From positions 1 through 64,000 of IMG/VR virus record IMGVR_UViG_3300037400_001903: 64,000 bases of DNA; one strand, written 5' to 3'. The position numbers and the translations under genes are program-made. Below are positions 60,589 through 64,000 of the stretch, piece after piece (the stretch's first letter is position 1; each line of letters starts with the position of its first letter). Source of the stretch: a virus (Duplodnaviria; Caudoviricetes). The notes beneath the pieces are model-generated. The model saw only the letters and a program-made list of their open reading frames with translations, did no database searches and was not told the DNA's origin.

Positions 60589-63500
60589 TTAAGATTTAAC
60601 AAATACTGTTTTTGTGACCACAGTTCCATCTGCCATTGTAAATGTCCAAGTCTCAGAACTTAACTCTTCAACCCAAACATCCATTGTATGGAAATAAGCT
60701 TCAAAAGTTGTATCCCATTTAATATATAATTGAGCATATATAACTCTTCTAGTTGCACCTAAATTATTAAATGAAGTAATACTAGATTGTGTAGGAAACT
60801 CCTCTGATTTATAAACAACTCCACTACTATTATCTACAGGAAATCCACTAGCAGAGACTGGTGTTAATAAAACACTTATACCCTTAAAACTAAGTTCTAA
60901 TTTTGTTTTATATAACTGGTCGTTTGTTCCTGACTCAAAAAAGTCACTAGGTAATCCCATATTAATATCAGAATAATTGTGTTTCTGATTAGGCACCATT
61001 GTCGTAGGGTCTAAATCCTTAAATACATCACACGTTCCAAATACTGGAGTTTCAATACTAAGATTACCACTATCTAAAATAGATTGATTATTTATAGATT
61101 TAATGTTAGTTCCTGAAACTAAGTTAGGTTGTTTAGTATTTAATAACTCATCTATCTTATCTTTACTATATGAAGTTGTCGTAAAGTGTGTTATAGTATA
61201 TGTTTTATCTACCTTATTAATATTAACAACATAAAAATCAGCGTATGTTTGTCCTGCTAGTTGTGGAAAAGATGTAGGGTCATACTCTGCAGCGTTTCCA
61301 ATAGACACAAAAGTCAAAGGTGAATTGCCTCCTGCAATTACATTTAAACTCCTATATTTATAACAATAGGTGTAAACATTATTACTATAATAATTAACAA
61401 TACAATAATCTTTTTGTGCTTCTGCAAACTGTGCATCAGTTAATGTTCCACTAAAATTTGATAGTTCAATATACCCAATGTTTGCTTTATCAAATTTGCC
61501 ATTCCAATTAGTTTTATCTGCTGCTGTTACAAATTTATGTGTAGTAGATGTATCATCAATATCATCAGCATTTAGTGTAACTACACCTGTTTTAGAGTTA
61601 ACACTTGATACAGCATCTGCTGGATGCTCAAGTGGTTTCCAGTTTGAAAGTGTAGATGCAGGAGTACCAGCTAATATATATGTTTTAGATTCATCTGTTC
61701 TTATACATATATCACCAATTTCAGCAGTTAATGCAAGCATCGCAACCTCTGATGCTGCAGTAAATTTATCATTAACTGCTACAGCTGGTAATACTGATGT
61801 ATCTAATTTACCATTAACATCTAGAATAGGTACGTTACCTGATGATGTTCCTGTGTTACATGCAGCAGCTGTACCTAATGTAGGTTTATTTTGAATGAAT
61901 GCATCAGAGGATGAATTCTTTTCATTCCAATTAGCCTTTACATTTACTTGTGCACCTGCTTCAATACCAGATAGTTTTGTTTTTTCTTCTGTAGTATAAG
62001 CAGCAGTTGTTTCATCTAGTATGTTTTTATTACTATGATTATGTCTATCTAATGTGTTAGCATCTACTTTATCTCTATATGTTCCAGAGAAGTCATATTC
62101 TGATAAACCTTTACCTGTAACTTTATCTACTTTTTCATCAAGTGCTTTATATATTCCATTAGATGTAACAGGATTAGCTGAATCTTTTATAGGTTTTGGG
62201 TCAAATGTAAGATTGTTTTGTTTTTTTGCTAGTTCTGTATAGACAGCACCTGATTCAACTAAAGAAGTATTTCCACTAGTTACACTAGCTGTTGAATTCT
62301 TTACTGCTGCTGTGCCTAAACCTAGATTTGCTCTAGCATTTCCTTGATTATCTAAACCTAAGTTTTGATTAGCATCATAAGATACTGCATGAATTTGTGC
62401 AGTTGTTACTTCATGTGGGTTATTCTTATTTGCTTTATGATTATTAATATCTGTCTGTGCTGCAGATGCTGCAGATGTATTAGCTTCAACGTGAGCTATT
62501 AAAGAAGCATACTCAGAATTAGGAGACTCTTTAATATAATTTATAATTTCTGCTAGCGTATCTAGTGTTGAATCTAAAGATGTGTCAGAATCAATACCTA
62601 GTGTTGTATTAACAACTGTTCTCCATTGTTCGATTGATGCAGTATATGTATTAACTGCATTAGATACAGCAGTATTTACATCAGCTGTAGTTGATTGTTC
62701 ATAAGCTGCAAGGCTTTCTGCAATAGCATTGTCTTTAGCTAGTTTATATGCAGATAAATCAGAATCAATAGCAGCGTCTTTAGCATTCCATAGAGCAAGT
62801 AATGAGTCCCAGTACCCTGAAACAGTATTTGCATAAGTTGTATTTACCTTAGTATCCCAAGCTGTGTGGTCTAAAGCTCTTTGTGCCTCAGCATTTTGTC
62901 TAGCTGTTTCATTAGCTTGACGTTGGTTCTCATTATAAACTCTTGAACCAGATGCAGGTACTGATACAGTATAACCTATACCACCATATTCTGCTGTATT
63001 TCTAGCTGCTTCATTAGATTCTCTTGTAGTTTCATTAGATTGTCTGGTAGTTTCATTAGCTTGGCGAGTGTTCTCTTGAGCCATACGTGTACCTGATGCA
63101 GGATTAGCTTTAGTTCCACCAGTGCTCTTACCATATTCACCATCAATAGCCTCATTAACATCCTCAAGAATACTCTGCTCAAGTAGTGTTTTAGTTATTG
63201 AACCAGTTTTAATAGCTGCAGATATTGTTCTTTCATGTGTAACATTATCAGCTTGGCTTATTGTTATACTAATAGTTGCAGTATCTTGTGGATTATAAAC
63301 ATCTACTAGATTAACCACAGGGATTCTAATTTCAGTTCCTTCTTTAAGTGTTAAAACAATTTCTTTGTTTGTAGAATCATAATAGTTTTTACCAGTACCA
63401 GTATCTAATAAGTACTCTGATGGTAAATCTATTGTTCCTAGAACTGTGTAGACATCATTAGCTTTATCTGTATAATGAACTAATTTGGCTACACCAGTTG

Positions 63501-64000
63501 TACTATTATATTTTAAATCTAGGTTATCTAGAATAGCTTGTCTTGCATTAGAGTTGGCTGTATCACTAGTAGTAAGCTCAGTTTTAGTAGCATAAGTTGT
63601 AGTTATAACATTACCTGATGCATCAGCTGTAGCTTTTTTAGCTGTATCTGTTTTAGATGTTTCGAGTAATGCCTCAAGTTGTGCTATTGTTGCAAATGTA
63701 GTGTCCACATAAGCTCTCTCATTAACGATATCTCCTCTAGTTGCAGGAGCTGTATCATTATTTGTCCAAGTATTTCTAGCAGGTCTTTCATTAATATCAA
63801 TAACTGCATTACTTATAACCATTTTATTATTCTTTTTAGATAAGTAATCCTTTAACCAATTTAAAATATCTAAATATAAAGCTGTAGTAACTATTGTATG
63901 AGTCTGCAGTTTACCTTCTTCAACATCATCAACAGTCTTTATGAATTTAGTTACAGAACCAGATTTATGGAAAACATAACCAATACATTGTTCTGCATCA
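60589..64000 (-). CDS. Tail fibre-like protein, 5' end beyond the window edge
   Basis: Frame is open upstream of ATG 63822 to the edge (DAEQCIGYVFH...KKNNKMVIS) with no SD at 63822; modules RxxNExxR heptads, LDTLAEI, KVDKVTGKGLS, LSGIEAGAQVN, VSSVNSKTGVVTL. Confidence 0.8.
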   Translation of the reverse strand, partial: DAEQCIGYVFHKSGSVTKFIKTVDDVEEGKLQTHTIVTTALYLDILNWLKDYLSKKNNKMVISNAVIDINERPARNTWTNNDTAPATRGDIVNERAYVDTTFATIAQLEALLETSKTDTAKKATADASGNVITTTYATKTELTTSDTANSNARQAILDNLDLKYNSTTGVAKLVHYTDKANDVYTVLGTIDLPSEYLLDTGTGKNYYDSTNKEIVLTLKEGTEIRIPVVNLVDVYNPQDTATISITISQADNVTHERTISAAIKTGSITKTLLEQSILEDVNEAIDGEYGKSTGGTKANPASGTRMAQENTRQANETTRQSNETTRESNEAARNTAEYGGIGYTVSVPASGSRVYNENQRQANETARQNAEAQRALDHTAWDTKVNTTYANTVSGYWDSLLALWNAKDAAIDSDLSAYKLAKDNAIAESLAAYEQSTTADVNTAVSNAVNTYTASIEQWRTVVNTTLGIDSDTSLDSTLDTLAEIINYIKESPNSEYASLIAHVEANTSAASAAQTDINNHKANKNNPHEVTTAQIHAVSYDANQNLGLDNQGNARANLGLGTAAVKNSTASVTSGNTSLVESGAVYTELAKKQNNLTFDPKPIKDSANPVTSNGIYKALDEKVDKVTGKGLSEYDFSGTYRDKVDANTLDRHNHSNKNILDETTAAYTTEEKTKLSGIEAGAQVNVKANWNEKNSSSDAFIQNKPTLGTAAACNTGTSSGNVPILDVNGKLDTSVLPAVAVNDKFTAASEVAMLALTAEIGDICIRTDESKTYILAGTPASTLSNWKPLEHPADAVSSVNSKTGVVTLNADDIDDTSTTHKFVTAADKTNWNGKFDKANIGYIELSNFSGTLTDAQFAEAQKDYCIVNYYSNNVYTYCYKYRSLNVIAGGNSPLTFVSIGNAAEYDPTSFPQLAGQTYADFYVVNINKVDKTYTITHFTTTSYSKDKIDELLNTKQPNLVSGTNIKSINNQSILDSGNLSIETPVFGTCDVFKDLDPTTMVPNQKHNYSDINMGLPSDFFESGTNDQLYKTKLELSFKGISVLLTPVSASGFPVDNSSGVVYKSEEFPTQSSITSFNNLGATRRVIYAQLYIKWDTTFEAYFHTMDVWVEELSSETWTFTMADGTVVTKTVFVKS

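Noticed and set aside
1577-62242. Many short antisense or alternate-frame ORFs in the track (e.g. 1577, 3838, 5505, 6299, 11158, 17246, 32566, 41151, 42135, 45403, 61478)
   Set aside because: They are shadows of well-supported genes on the other strand or frame, with no SD or motif support.
62880-63080. 21-nt periodic nucleotide repeats
   Set aside because: They encode RxxNExxR heptads of the tail fibre coiled coil, not a non-coding array.
1-64000. Alternative genetic code, integrase/lysogeny module or reverse transcriptase (DGR/retron)
   Set aside because: Genes are intact with TAA/TAG/TGA as stops, and no tyrosine/serine recombinase or RT (YADD-type) motifs were seen.

Overview
The window is a ~64 kb piece of a lytic-looking, low-GC (roughly 30% by eye) tailed dsDNA phage genome. 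It uses the standard code, and its sigmaA-type promoters and AGGAGG SD sites point to a Bacillota/Mollicutes-like host (inference). No integrase, CRISPR array or rRNA is visible. Left arm (- strand): a 5,870-aa giant protein, terminase large subunit, P22-like portal, scaffold and major capsid protein (cut by the left edge). By-eye motif reading shows that the giant protein contains a two-barrel (multisubunit-type) RNA polymerase core: a beta'-like barrel with R-x-P and a variant DFDSD Asp triad, a candidate bridge helix, and a beta-like GNK...KG lysine barrel. The barrels appear in the unusual order beta' then beta, and a complete DEDDh 3'-5' exonuclease domain sits upstream in the same chain. 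Next come a fMet-like tRNA(CAT), a cluster of small genes (Tad2-like anti-Thoeris protein, circularly permuted ASCH domain) and a 2-kb divergent non-coding hub. The hub holds three hairpins with different 6-bp stems but an identical GTAAACG loop, 38-bp quasi-palindromic repeats, 19-bp-spaced ATGACAAA pairs and two GC-rich highly structured RNA-like segments. The + strand cluster follows: XRE, SSB-like, MoxR AAA+ with zincin-vWA, DnaG, YkgJ, DUF1281 and an orphan MazF-like gene. Then come groEL/groES with an unannotated membrane peptide between them, TerS, a replication module (SF3 helicase with a dead AEP domain, VRR-NUC, SSB, Sak4, Cas4-like nuclease, PolA, SNF2), two tandem radical SAM genes and tail fibre genes (cut by the right edge). 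All family calls come from motif recognition without database searches.
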